From Heptranchias perlo (Eukaryota), in the NCBI RefSeq assembly GCF_035084215.1, contig NC_090333.1, forward strand, positions 45,322,001 through 45,386,000: DNA of 64,000 nucleotides, in the 5' to 3' direction. The position numbers were made by a program, and so were the translations under genes. How positions within the stretch are numbered: position 1 is the stretch's first letter; each line of letters begins with the position of its first letter. The notes below the pieces were generated by a model, which was not told the origin of the DNA, did no database searches, and saw only the letters and a list, made by a program, of their open reading frames with translations. Of this stretch, positions 21,901 through 34,700 are shown piece after piece.

Positions 21901-24900
21901 TACATGGTTAATGCCTACCCTCTTGATATGTCTCAGTACTACAGACTCTTCAACTCCACTCGTATTCCCAAACCTGTTCGAGATGAGCTTCTTACAGATG
22001 ACAGTGGCAAGCACTTGCTGGTGATGAGAAATGGACATTTCTATACGTTTGATGTTATTGATCGAGATGGAAGAATCACAAAGGCTTCTGAAATCCAGGC
22101 TCACTTCAAATATATTTTGTCTGATCCCAGGCCCCCTCCTGAATTTTCTCTTGGGTATTTGACAAGTGAAAATCGAGATACCTGGACCTTGCTGAGACAG
22201 AAGCTGCTGGAGGCTGGGAATACACAGGTGCTGAATAAAATTGATGCAGCTGTCTTCTGCATTTGTCTAGATGACATCACCGTGAAGGACCACCTTCAGC
22301 TCTCCCACAACATGCTTCATGGAAATGGCCTCAACCGCTGGTATGACAAATCCTTCAGCATTATATTAACCAAAGACGGCAGTGCAGCTGTGAACTTTGA
22401 GCACTCGTGGGGTGATGGTGTGGCTGTTCTGCGTTTACTGAAAGAAGTTTTCAAAGACACGATCCAGAGGCCTGCAATTTCACCTGCGATGTTGCCTGCA
22501 GCAGTCGACTCCTCTCAGACTGTGCAGAAGCTGGAGTTTAAACTCGACGATGTTCTGAAATCGGGCATTTCGAGTGCGAAGGAGAAATTCAATGCCGTAG
22601 TGAGCACCTTGACTATTGATGCACAAGAGTTCAGAAAAGGTGGGAAGGAGTTCTTAAAAAAGCAAAACCTCAGTCCTGATGCAGTGGCACAACTCTCTTT
22701 TCAGATGGGGTTTCTAAGACAGTATGGCAAAACGGTAGCTACCTATGAGTCGTGCAGCACCGCAGCATTTAAACACGGTCGTACAGAAACCATCCGCCCT
22801 GCCACCATTTACACAAAGAAGTGTTGTGAGGCATTTGTGAAGGAGCCGTCGAAACACAGCATCTCTGACTTGCAGATGATGATAGGCGAGTGCTCCAAGT
22901 ATCACGGACAGCTGACCAAAGAGGCTGCTATGGGTAAGTGCAGACGTCCTGAGGGTCCTGTCACTCGCTGTGATTGCCTTGGAGTTTATCATTTTCTTTC
23001 CAGTATTCTTCCCTCTTAAGATGTTGACTCGTGCAGGGTATTTTTTTCCTATGGTCACTGGCAGCCTTCAGCTATCTTGGCCAAGTGACCATTCTTCAAG
23101 AGTAAGCATCACACCCAAACCAAATCCTCTTCAACTGATGTCCACCCATGCACACTTTCCATAGAATTTTACTGCAGCAAAGGAGGACATTTGGCCCATC
23201 ATACCTGTACTGGTTCTCTGCCAGAGCTAATTATTTTCCCCAGTCCTTTTAAAGTTTTTATTCTATTTTCCAACATGGTTCACAGGGTAGTGATTAAGAG
23301 CAGAAAAGCTGGGTGATTTTTATCCACTAGCTCAGAGTGTTTCAGGTTTCTGAAGTTATGTTCTTCATTAAAGTAGTAAAGTCATTGGTAGTACTTCCGG
23401 ACCAAAGTACATCTCCCACCCCCTCCATGACCCGGGTGTGGAAAAAAAAATGATAGCATATTAATTTGGACTCTGTCAAAAAATTTCCCATGCAGCAGCT
23501 TCAGAGACTTGACATTCAGGCATTTGCTTTGAACAGGTGATACTGTTCCTTGACAAGCAGATATTACTGTCCCTCCCCTTGATTTTCCTTCTTTTTAAAT
23601 GTCTCTAATAAGAATATAAGAAATAGGTGTAGGCCATATGCCCCCTCAAGCCTGCTCTGCCATTCAATAAGATCATGGCTGATCTTCTACCTCAACTCCA
23701 CTTTCCAGCCCTATCTCCATATCCCTTGATTTCCATAGTATCCAAAAATCTATTGATCTCAGTCTTGAATATACTCAACAACTGAGCATCCGCAGCCCTC
23801 TGGGCTAGAGAATTCCAAAAATTCACAACCCTCTGAACGAAGAAATTTTTCCTCATCTCGATCCTAAATGGCTGACCCCTTATCTTGTGCCTTTTCCCCC
23901 TAGTTCTAGACTCTCCAGCCAGGGGAAACAGCCTCTCAGCATCTACCCTGTCAAGCCCTCTTAGAATTTTATATATTTCAATGAGATCACCTTTCATTCT
24001 TCTAAACTCCAGAGAATATAGGCCCATTCTACACAATCTCTACTCATAGGACAACCCTCTTCATCTCAGGAATTAATCTAATGAATCTTCGTTGCACCGC
24101 CTCTAAGGCAAGTATATCCTTCCTTAGGTAAGGAGACCAAAAATGTACACAGTACTTTAGGTGTGGTCTCACCAGAGCCCTAAATAATTGCAGTAAGACC
24201 TCCTTACGCTTATACTCCAACCCCCTTGCAATAAAGGCTAACATACCCATTTGCCTTCCTAATTGCTTGCTGTACCTGTATATTAACTGTCTGATTCGTG
24301 TGCAAGGACACCCAAATCCCTCTGACTACCAACATTACTTAGTCTCTCACCTCTTAAAAAATATTCTGCTTTTCTAATCTTCCTACCATAGTGGATAATT
24401 TTATATTTCCCCACATTATACTCCATCTGCCACCTTCTTGCCCACTCACTTAACCTGTCTACATCTCATTGCATCCTCTTTGCGTCCTCCTTACAGCTTA
24501 CTTTCCCACCTAGTTTTGTATCGTCAGCAAACTTGGATATATTATACTCGGTTCCCTCATCTAAGTCATTGGTATATATTGTGAACAACCGAGGCCCAAG
24601 CACTGATCCTTGCGGTAACCCACTAGTTACAACCTGCCAACCCTTTATTCCTAATCTGTCAAGACTGACCTTGCCACATGTAAATTAACCCATTTGCAAG
24701 AAACCACATGTAGCGACTATTAATGCAATGGAGGGCACAGAAATCTGTGCCCGATGTGCCCCAATGTGGCTGTTCAGTGGTATGGGTGGCCTGCATGCAA
24801 ACCTCATTAAGGCTTTTGAAGATATACAGCAAATCAGCATTCATCGTACAAGCCGACATCTTGTTCTAAGGGTCTGCTATTCTCTGGGAAAAGAAAAATG

Positions 24901-25974
24901 CATGACCCCTGGTTAAGGTGTTTTATGGTGGGAATCATTCTTGTGGCCCTCCTCTGAACCTTTTCTAAAGCCTCAACATCACCCACCATGTGAGGGGACC
25001 GAAACCAGTATTCTAAATGAGGCCTTACTGAGGTCTTGTACAAGGAGAAAATGGTATGTTTCATTTTATACTGGAGTGTCATGTGAATGCAACCCAGTAC
25101 CCTATTTGCTTTAGCTACAGCTTCACGGCATTGGTCGGGAAATTATGAACTATGATACCAAGATCATTTTCTTTCACCATGAGCTTCAGTTCTGTTCCAT
25201 GTAAGATGTAAGTGCTTTCGCGTTGGTTCTGCCCACATGCATAACACTGCACTTCTCGAAGTCAAATGCTGTTTTCTAAACGCAGGCCCATTCCCCCAAC
25301 ACATCGAGATCTGCGTGCAGCTGTTTAGTCTTCTGCACAGATCTGTTTCTGTGCTGTAATATTCTACAGTTCTGTGACTTAAACTTTAAAAAAAACCCAG
25401 CACCTCAATGGTAACATTGAACTACCCCAACTAACTTATGTTTGTCTTTATCCAAACTATTCCTGGCAGTTTTAGATTAGAAATGCGTTTACATAGTGTA
25501 AAGATTTTTGCTTCATTGTGTGAAAATAGTGATTTGCCCAGACTGTAGATAGAATGAAAGGGTGACTATTTTCAAATGTATTTGTCAGAGACATCAATCA
25601 CTACATTTTGTTCTTAACTATACTTTTTTTTTTCCTTAACAGCTCAGGGATTTGACCGCCATTTGTTTGCTTTGTGTTACCTAGCAAAATCTAAAGGAAT
25701 GTCTTTACCAGAACTATTCCAGGACCCGTCGTATATTCAAATCAACCATAACATTCTTTCTACTAGCACACTAAGCAGTCCTGCAGTGCATTTAGGAGGC
25801 TTTGCACCTGTTGTTCCTGATGGCTTTGGTGTGGGTTACAGTGTCCACGATCACTGGATAGGCTACAATATCTCCAGCTATCCTGCTCGAGACCTTAAGG
25901 AATTCCTAAAGTGTGTGCACAAAAGCCTGGATGATATTTTTGATGTGTTGGAAGGTCGACCAATCAGCAGCTGA
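9632..25974 (+). CDS. CPT2: Carnitine O-palmitoyltransferase 2, mitochondrial; join(9632..9822, 14539..14619, 20382..20488, 21629..22933, 25643..25974), 671 aa
   Basis: Exons of 191+81+107+1305+332 = 2016 nt in one frame. Motifs [28 protein letters not shown], catalytic [37 protein letters not shown]. All junctions GT-AG. Confidence 0.98.
10935..11370 (+). mobile_element. LF-SINE-like element in CPT2 intron 1
   Basis: Blocks gagatgagtttgaagtctcaatctacttcctagtg, caaatttggcactaattg and cagagagaccacaggatga resemble the LF-SINE consensus as I recall it. Confidence 0.6.
11796..14473 (-). mobile_element. Young 5'-truncated CR1 LINE with most of ORF2 (partial endonuclease plus RT)
   Basis: ORFs 14045..14443 (GVVYRSP, MGDFN, SDHNMI), 13610..14035, 12369..13637 ([34 protein letters not shown]) and 11913..12332; few disablements; gttcctat tail. 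Confidence 0.96.
14539..14619 (+). CDS. CPT2: CPT2 exon 2
   Basis: aaag|G TTA CCC ATT CCA AAG CTG...TAT AG|gtaagt; [26 protein letters not shown]; 81 nt. Confidence 0.96.
15359..15780 (+). pseudogene. Truncated Harbinger (HARBI1-like) transposase N-terminus
   Basis: [38 protein letters not shown]...[30 protein letters not shown], the helix-turn-helix region. DDE catalytic domain absent. Confidence 0.8.
16356..16600 (-). pseudogene. Harbinger Myb/SANT-like DNA-binding ORF remnant
   Basis: [10 protein letters not shown]...[38 protein letters not shown] (W..VA..V.....R...QCR.R.NDL pattern), with stops/frameshift, followed by a gtgagt donor. Confidence 0.75.
17821..18433 (+). pseudogene. Putative retrocopied mRNA 3' end (source gene unidentified)
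   Basis: AT-rich UTR-like sequence, AATAAA at 18408-18413, A9 tract at 18425-18433, inserted inside a SINE. Confidence 0.55.
18434..18770 (+). mobile_element. Short CR1 3' fragment
   Basis: ORF 18440..18694 (TRGHRFKI...[14 protein letters not shown]) and tail gctgtatgactctatga. Confidence 0.92.
20382..20488 (+). CDS. CPT2: CPT2 exon 3
   Basis: ttgtag|G AGA ACT GAA CAG...TAC ATT TCA G|gtgagg; [35 protein letters not shown]; 107 nt. Confidence 0.96.
20947..21131. mobile_element. Fold-back Penelope-type short element with 14-bp TSD
   Basis: About 65-bp inverted arms (20949-21013 / 21030-21094); TSD catcaaagtcccaa at 20933-20946 and 21132-21145. Confidence 0.7.
21629..22933 (+). CDS. CPT2: CPT2 exon 4 (large catalytic exon)
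   Basis: ccttag|GA CCC TGG TTT GAT ATG...GCT ATG G|gtaagt; 1305 nt; within ORF 21577..23019. Confidence 0.98.
23608..24650 (-). mobile_element. CR1 LINE 3' fragment
   Basis: ORFs 23692..24036 and 24044..24250 with CR1 ORF2 C-terminal motifs; tail at about 23610. Confidence 0.92.
24880..25330 (-). mobile_element. Old CR1-group fragment
   Basis: [25 protein letters not shown]. Confidence 0.8.
25643..25974 (+). CDS. CPT2: CPT2 exon 5 (terminal coding exon)
   Basis: taacag|CT CAG GGA TTT GAC CGC CAT...AGC AGC TGA; 332 nt. Confidence 0.97.
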
Positions 25975-26136
25975 GTTACAGGAGCTGAAGGGATGGAAAT
26001 GGATCAGTAGGAACGTGATGATAGTACTCTACACTTATTGAACCTGATGTGGTGCATCTGAAAACGCTATACCATTAGTGTTGTCACTAAGTTGATCAGT
26101 ATGTTATACGAAAAATCATACTTGAATCAATGTGCA

Positions 26137-26520
26137 GAGGATTGCATGGTGCAGTAGTTTGAACACTGGCAATTCACTTCTCTAATTTGGGTCAAATCCC
26201 ACCCAGATTGATAGGGTGAAAGTCTCTTCTGATTGCTGGGTATACTATGAAATGAATATGGGCCCAAACTAATTAAGTGCTCAATGACATTGAGAATGTC
26301 AAGTTAATCAAGAGGCAACAGGATGACTGGAAATATAAGACTCATACAATTCTAGGTGCTGTTCTGCGGTTTGAGCTGAGGGACATTGTTGGGGACTTTT
26401 AATGTGTATCCAACTGTGCTACATCTGACCTGGAATTCCTCGATAATACAGGGTACCTGAAATGGAGTGTTCTAATCCCTAGCACTAACATCCCGCACCT
26501 TGATGAGCACAAAATTCAGT
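26137..26520 (+). mobile_element. LF-SINE-like element in the probable CPT2 3' UTR
   Basis: tRNA-like head, collinear similarity with 10935-11370, and end gagcacaaaattc like the recalled LF-SINE end GAGCACTAAATTC. Confidence 0.55.
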
Positions 26521-26917
26521 TATTTTAATTTTGTATGATGTGCTTCTTGTCCAATACTCTTATTTAATCACCTCATTGTTCCTGTGACAGATCTGTAACC
26601 ACCATTATTTTACCCTGTTATACAGCTGAAAATACTCTGTCCAGCCACAACCAGTGAATATTTGTACACCCACAATTACACTTCATTCAAATTCTAGTTA
26701 CAACCCTTAATTATCTAAAGGAGAATGCCAATGTACATTAGTACTAATTCATATTCAATTTAAATTTTAACTTGGTTTTTAGTTAATTGATTTGAGATGA
26801 TTAAGTTTTATTTTGTTCTATTCACTGCATCTACTCAGTGTAACTCAATTCTTTTCATATGAACCATAGTACTGTAATCTTACAGTATGTGTTAGGGAAG
26901 TTTGGTTACCCTTACAT

Positions 26918-26927
26918 AATAAATAAA
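26918..26927 (+). terminator. Candidate CPT2 polyadenylation signals (overlapping AATAAA)
   Basis: aataaataaa about 0.95 kb after the CPT2 stop. Use in vivo not shown. Confidence 0.5.
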
Positions 26928-28261
26928 TAATATGATTTAAGCTTTTTCAGTATACATTCTATAGGTTTTAATATTGCAAATATTAGGATGTAACACTTCC
27001 CATGAAGGATCCTTTTGGGTTTTTTTATATAAAGAGTTTATGATGCTAGAGGTTTGACCAAAGGATTCTACTTTTGGGTACTATAAAACATTTACTAACC
27101 ATTCAGAGTGAAGTGATGCATTTAATTATGCAAACTCAATGCAATTTCTGGGTACTGTGCAGCTGATTCAAATATAAAATGAATAGTGCAGAAAGATGAC
27201 CTGACTACAATGCTTTCGCCAAATGATGATCATGTTTCAAAGTCTAACCGGATTAATTATTAAAATGGAATTGGACTAACATTGTTGGTATTCATATTGT
27301 GCAAATGTAAGGGACCTAGTTTAATAGGATAATCACTGTTTTGAAATTAAACCAAAAATAAACTAACTCACTTAACATTTGCATTGGGATTTCCTTGATT
27401 CTCTCAATCTGAACAATTATCTTCTGCACTTTGTCTTCCAATTGTTTATCACAGACAGTCACCAGGAATTTCCTCAGGGCTGCTCCCACTCTGGTGCTGT
27501 TACGAGCATAAATGGGGTTTCCTCTGAAGTTAGTGTTGGAGTGGGAGATGCTTGAGGAAATTCACCCCCATTGTTTCAAATTTTTAATAACTGCTTCAAT
27601 GATGTAAAATGTGTTGTGATGTAAGACATAATGTGAAACATGTGACATTAACATAGTGAGCATAACTTAAAATACATGCCATAAAACTTGATGTAAAACA
27701 TGTCGTAGACTATTTGCAGTGCTCTATATAGCAAAATTGTCAGTGTACATTACACAAACATTTATGATTTCACTATAAATAGTAAACAAGAAATCTTTCT
27801 TCTTTCCCCCGCCACCCCCATCATTTTTAACTTTGTGAGTGAGCGAGCTACAAGTGGGAAAATTAGAGGCTATCTTCCTCTTTAAGGTAAAACCTGTGTG
27901 ATCTTATTTACAGACAACACGTGTGGCACAACCCCAAGATCAAGAGATATAAAATGATCTGTTGAGCACAAGGCATACGGCCATGTTACAAATTATGTGA
28001 ATGTTCAACCATTTTTTTCCTCAATGATAGCCAGCAGAGACTCAGGCAAGTCTGAAGGAGATGATGGTCAATCTCTGCAATGAACAAGGACAACACCTAT
28101 AATTAACTCCATATACCACTGGCTATTGTCCTCTGCTTGGAGGCCAGAACTGCACATATGTGTCCACTAGTTTGGCTTGTGTAGTGACAAAAATAAACAA
28201 ACTAATGGACATAAAAAGTACATTGACTAACTTATATAACACTACATCATTGCCACAAGTA

Positions 28262-28267
28262 TTTATT
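28262..28267 (-). terminator. Candidate CZIB polyadenylation signal
   Basis: tttatt on plus = AATAAA on minus, about 0.38 kb after the stop. Confidence 0.45.
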
Positions 28268-28649
28268 AGTTTTTAAATTTAGACTCCTGGAAAAAAATGA
28301 CTTGTAACTTAGTATCCAGACTTGATGGCAGTGGCCTCAGAATGTTGAAGAGCTAGGAGCCATGCTGCCTGGAACTACCTTTTAAATTCAAAACTCGGAT
28401 ACAGTGAACAAGAATGACGACAGAAACCTCATGCAGCATTTTAATGCTAATTCAGCTGACTAGTGTTAATTTTAATTGGACATAATGGAATTAAACTTTT
28501 TCAACCTTGGTACAAGGTGCAGAACTGATTCAATGGCAAACGAATGCCAGATGACATAATGGTGCTGTTGCTTCTCTGACTCAGGAATTTGTTGGTCATT
28601 TAAGTGGAAGAGAGGATCCTCAGCTGGCAAAGGTCAGTCAGAGTAAAGT

Positions 28650-28727
28650 TCAAATTTTAACAAACTGATGAGTGACTTCATAGATTCCCACTGATTCCTG
28701 GATTTTCTCATCATAATCATTCCAGTC
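28650..28727 (-). CDS. CZIB: CZIB exon 8 (terminal)
   Basis: gtttag|GAC TGG AAT GAT TAT GAT GAG AAA...AAA ATT TGA; 78 nt. Confidence 0.95.
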   Translation of the reverse strand, partial: DWNDYDEKIQESVGIYEVTHQFVKI

Positions 28728-31700
28728 CTAAACAAAACAAAATGTAACAATGAATTATTCTAATACTTGTTTAGCAAGTGTTATTTACACTTTTGCTACA
28801 TTATATGTAATGCAGTGAGTTGGAACCCTAACAGGCTGTGTTATAGAATAATAGAATGAAAATTCAGCTTGTGATCCTTGCAACCTCAGCATGGTGCCAA
28901 AGGAAGGCCCTGAGTGGAGGCCAGGTGCTTCTCTGTAGTGCAGTGTTACCTAACATTTGGTTTCAGCATGGTCTGAGATATCTAGAAGCAAAGGCACACA
29001 TTTTAAATGAAGAGGTTTTTCAATACTCGGAGAATGAATTCCCTAGAATTGCAAGATCCAAAAGTCTGCAACTTGCAATAATACTAATGAAAGAGGAAAA
29101 GTCAGGTTTTAGGATCCAATCTAACCACTTTTTGTCTTTGTTCCCTATACGGCTACTCTCTGCTTAACCAGTGATCAATCCATCTGTGTGAGTGCTTGAA
29201 CTGAGTTAGTATTTACTCATTGCATGGAAATTTATTCCATAAACCAATTGCAAATGTGAAGTCCTTTGATTAAATTTAGCACTTTAGCTCACATTCTCTC
29301 GCTCTCTATCCTCATTTTTCACAAGACACCTATTTACATCCCCAGTTGTTTTGGTTTACATGAATGAAGATATATACCAGTCCCAACTCGTAAGGAATAG
29401 AACATGTAAGGAGCTCACCTTTTCCAGCAGGTTAACCTCGCCAAATTGTGTTCCAGACTCAGCTCCTTCCGCGGCAAATCCAGCCTAAAGGCAGAGAATG
29501 AATTTCAGTTAATAGCTGATCAACACTTCATTATAATTAGTGAACTTTCAATGACCTTATTTTATTGGGACAAAGAATACACATCAATATGTTTAAGTCA
29601 GTGATTCTCAGACTTTCTCAAGCTAGCCCCAAATTTCTACTATTGTCAAATGATGCTCATGCCCCTCTAGCTAAAGAATATTGATACCATTAAGTCTGCA
29701 AAATAGTATTTTTCTCTCCACTTCTGCTTTTATCTATTCCCCTTCCCATGTTTCTCTTATTCACTTCTGTCTCTAGCTTTCCTACATCATTTGTTTCTCT
29801 AGATCTCCCTCCTCCATCACTTTTCTTTCTCTCCTCCGCCTCCCCATCCATTTCTTTTTCCACCTCTTCTTCCACTTGTTTTTTCTCTTTCCATCTCACA
29901 TTCTTTTTCTAATCGCTCACTGATACTTTACTTTTTTTCCTCTTGTTTCACTTTCCCCTTTTCTCCTCCATTTTCCAAGTCTTGTTCTTTAGCTCTCCTA
30001 CTTGTCTTTGCAGGGAGAGGGAGAAATAGGTATTGGCAGTTGATGCAGCCTAAAAAGCGGGGAGGAAGGAACTCCTAATGGCACTCGGAGTGCAGGCCCT
30101 AGCCCTTAATGGTGCAGAGACAGCAGGCGGCTGAAGGCATGGCTGCCAACGGTGAGATAAAGGGAAATAGGGGAAGCACAACAGGGCAGAGGAACGGAGA
30201 GTTGGGAGTTGATTATAGGGTAGAAGGAAGTTATGGAGATAGGTAGGGGTGAGACCATTAAGGGATTTAAACACAAGGATGAGAATTTTAACTTGGGGGT
30301 GAATGGGGGACGGGAAGCCTACGTAGGTTAAGGAGGACTGGGGGTGAGTGGTACTTGGTGTGGGATAAGATATGGGCAGCAAAATTTTGGATTGGATGAA
30401 GTTTACTGTGGGTGGAGGATGGAATGCTGGCTAGGAGAGTAATGGAATGGATGAATCTGGAGCTGGCAAGGGCATAAGGCATGGATGAGGGTTTCAGCAG
30501 CAGATGAGCTGAGGGAGAAATAGGCAGTCCTTGTGATGGAGAACATACGAATTCGGAAACTCAGCTCAGGGTCGAATAGGACGCCAAGGTTGAAAATAGT
30601 TTGGTTCAGCCCGAAACCAATCGGGGAGGGAAATGGAATCAGTGGCAAGGTACGGAGTTTGTGTTGGGGGCTGAAGATGATGGCTTCAGTCTCCCCAATG
30701 TTCAATTGGAGGTAATTGTGGCTCATCCAGGACTAAATGTCGGACAAGCATAGTGGAGGGGTTGTATCAGGTGGTGGAGAGGAAGAGCTTGATGTCACCA
30801 GCGTACACATCAAACCTGACCCCGCATCTGCAGATGATGTTGCCAAGAGGCAGCATGTGGATTGGGAAGAGCAGGGGGCCAAGGATAGATCCATGAAGGA
30901 CTCCAGAGGTAACGGTGCGGGAGCAGAAGAGAAGTCATTGCAGGAGATTCTCAGTCTACGATTGGAAAGGTAAAAGTAGAAGCAAGCGAAGGCAATCTCA
31001 CTGAGCTGGACAATGGAGGAGAGGCATTAGGAAGAGGATGGTGTGGTTGACCACGTCAAAGGCCACAGAAAGGTCAAGGAGGACTGATAGTGCACCATGG
31101 TCACAGTCACACAGCATGTCATTTGTAACTTTGGTTAGGGCCATGTCAGGGCTGAAGCCTGATTGGAGAGATTCAAACAAGGAGCTGTGGGAAAGATGGA
31201 CACGGATTTGGAAAGCAACAACACATTCAAAGACTTTGGAGAGGGAAGGAAGATCGCAAATGGGGTGGTAGTTTGCAAGGACAAATGGGTAGAGGGTGGG
31301 TTTTTTGAGGCGGTTGATGATGCCAGTTTTTAAACGCAGGGGGACAGTACCTGAGGAGTGGGAACCATTCCTAATGTTAGCTAGCATGGGGGCCAAGGAG
31401 GGAAGTTGGGTGGTCGATGGTTTAGTGGGAATGGGGTTCAGGGAGCAGGAGTTTGTCCCATGGCTGAGATGAGCTCAGAGATGGCAAGAGGGAACTTGGG
31501 ACAGAAACTACAGAGAGAAGTGGGTTCAGGGCTAGGGCAGGAAGGGGCGGAGTTTGGCTAAGGGAAAAGGGAAAGGAAGAAAGCAGCTGAGGTACCTGAA
31601 TAGATGGTCTCAACTTTAGTGACAAAGAAATCCAAGAGCTCGCACTTGTTGGAGGTGGAGGTGTTGCAAGCAGGGGAGAGGGGTTTAAGGAGATAGTTGG

Positions 31701-34700
31701 AAAAATGTCATGGGTTATCTTTGCTCTCCAGAATGATCCTAGAGTGGTGGATGGTTTTGGAAGAGGTGAGTGAGACCCAGCTAGGTCTAGTAATGGATGG
31801 CGAAACCAGTTGTGTGACAGATATGTTCAAGTCTGTACCTCTTAGACTTGAAGGAGCAAAGATGGGTCCATTCCAGGAGGAAAGACCAGGATAAGAGAAA
31901 GTAAAAGTTTTGCTGGGGACAAGGCATCAAAGGTGAGGGAGTGGTTGAGCATGTTGATGGCTGCAGAAGTATTCTGGGGAATGGAAGACCAAAGGTTAGG
32001 CGTCGGGGAGTTTGAAACTGCAGCTGTAAGTGATCTGAGGGGACATTTTTTTCCAGGATGCAGAAGGGTTGGAAGGGCGTAGGGGAATGTGGGTGGTAAG
32101 TAATACAAGTGATTGGAGATGGTCTTGTCAGTGATTGAGCCCAAGGAAGTAAAGCGGACACGGCCATGAATGTGGGTAGGAGAGTTTATATGGAGGGAGA
32201 GGTTTAGGGAGAACTGGAGGGCAGTGAAATCAGAGGAGAGAGGACAGGTAGAGCTGAGGTTGGAACCTGGGAACGTCCCAATCTGTATGGCTTAGCACTT
32301 GACAGAGCTATACAATAATCTAGATTCCTAAGGAAGTCTCTCATTTACCTGTGGTTGAAAGTCCACTGGTTCCAATCCTCGACACTCGAAGTGTACTATA
32401 GTCTTAAATTTTTCACTGTCCTCAGCCTTAGTATAAAACAATTAACAGCGTGATTAGCACCACATTCACAGAATCATTCTGTAAGCAAATACATGCAAGC
32501 AGAAGCAACATAATTCAAGAATTGTTTCAGGAAGAACACATCCAAACAAAACAGACCAATCATCCACACAAAAAACAAGTTTACCGTACCACAGAGCAGG
32601 TCATTTTGTATGGTTCCTAAGCCCACTTACATTGTAAGGCTTGATGGTGTCCTTAAGAATATCTAAAAACCAATACAAAAGAACATATTAAAGTTTAAAC
32701 CCTTGATAATATTCAAATGCAAAAATGAAATTTTAATCACTGCAGTTGAAATAATGGACAAATTGAAAAGCACTTAAAGGGTTAAATTCCATGCTGTAAC
32801 AACTACAATGGGATTTAAATATCACTCTGCACTGAACTGCCAGGTAATTCTATAGTGTTCAAATGTTTGAACTAAGTAGTGGCCAATAAGCATAATTAGT
32901 ACAGTTTTTGCATTTTGTTCAGGATAATTAATGCCCTCCCTATACAAAAGGATGATTATGTGAGGTTGCAACAATAGATTTTAATGGATAATTACTGAAT
33001 TATATATCTGGCAGTCAGATATCAGCAATTGGGAGTGCCAGTTGATCCCACGTAACATGATACAGTGGGAAGGCCTGAACAGGACTCTGCTCTTAGTTAG
33101 TGCTCTTCACTGTCAGAGATGCCCACTAGAAATCACAAGTAGATATAATTTAGTCACTGCTATACAAAACACAGATCCGCTCACAAATTAGCACAAGTAA
33201 CAAGCTGATTAAAGGAGAAGGTAAGTGTCAATGACAATAATTTCAACATGTAAATAGTTCTGTCCACAGACCCAACTGGAAGTACCATGGACACAAGATT
33301 TAATAATCTCTCAGCTAGTAGGACATAATCCTAGTCCTATTACTGCTTTCTTGTCCCACTGAGCTCTACCATTTCAGATGTTTCCTCCCTTTTGGGAATC
33401 AGTTTGCTGACATCAGTTGCAGGGGTGCCAATGAACTGCCGCATAGTGAATTCCACAGATTGATTTATTTCTAGCCCTGGGATATCAACATCTTGCATTT
33501 ATATAGTGCCTTTAACATAAACGTCCCAAGGTGATTCATAGGAGCATTATCAAGACAAAATCTGACACCCAGCCACATATGGAGGTATTAGGGCAGATGA
33601 CCAAAAGCTTGGTCAAAGTGGCAGGTTTTAAGGAGGAGAAAGTGTTAGAGAAGCGGAGAGGTTTAGGGAGGGAATTCCAGAGCTTAGGGGCCTAGGCCGC
33701 TGAAGGCACGGCCGTCAATGGTGCAGCGATGAACATCAGAGATGTACAAGAGGCCAGAATTGGAGAAACGCAGTGATCTTGGAGGACTGTAGGCCTGGAG
33801 GAGGTTACAGAGTTGGGAGGGGCGAGTTCATAGAGGGATTTGAACACAAGGATGAGAATTTTAAATTCAGGGCATTGCTGGTCCCGGAGCCCATGTAGGT
33901 CAGTGAGCACAGGGGTGATGGGTGAACGGGACTTGGTGCAAGTTAGGTTATGGGCAGCAGAGTTTTGGATGAGCTTAAGTTTACGGAGGGTGGAAGATGG
34001 GAGGCTGGCCAGGAGAGCATTGAAATAGTAGAGTCTGGAGGTAACAAAGGCATGGATGAGGGTTTCAGCAGCAGATGGGCTGAGGCAAAGGTGGAGACAG
34101 GAAATATTATGGAGGTGGAAGTAGGCGATCTTGGTGATGTAGAGAATATGGGATCGGAAGCTCAGCTCAGGGTCAAATAGGACGCTGAGGATGTGCACAG
34201 TCTGGTTCAGCCTCAGACAATGGCTGATTGGAAAGCACCCAAGTACTACTAAACACTCAGCTAGTACTGAATGTGTACAGCATAGAAATCTCAAGAGCAA
34301 CTAGCATCTAGGACTGAAAAGGATGCCCTGAGGAACAGCTCAAGGATGCTTCCACAGCTGATGTCAGTGACACTCAAACGGGCAGTTCCCGCAAGAAGAA
34401 AAAGAGCATTAAACCTGAGAATACTTCACAAATATCCTTTGCAAAGTTACTTGTTCTCTAGTAGCAGGGATTGCACAAGACAGCCTTGAAACTGGTACGT
34501 TCTTTATAGAAATGAAAAACATACAAAAATTAGTACTTTCCCCCCAAATCATTTCTACCATTGATAAGACACTTCATTTATTTTTGTTAATTCTGAAAAA
34601 TTTCTAGACCTTGTGATGTGGATTTCCAAGGTACCCCAGAGGCTAAGCACGAGCATCATTGCCCACCACTCAGGCCAGGGGCAGGCTATGCTCTCAGCCC

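Noticed and set aside
21577-23019. Standalone 480-aa intronless acyltransferase gene
   Set aside because: It is CPT2 exon 4 with intronic read-through at both ends; splice sites are at 21629 and 22933.
29690-29899. Glu/Lys-rich ORF on minus
   Set aside because: Translation of a purine-rich low-complexity tract.
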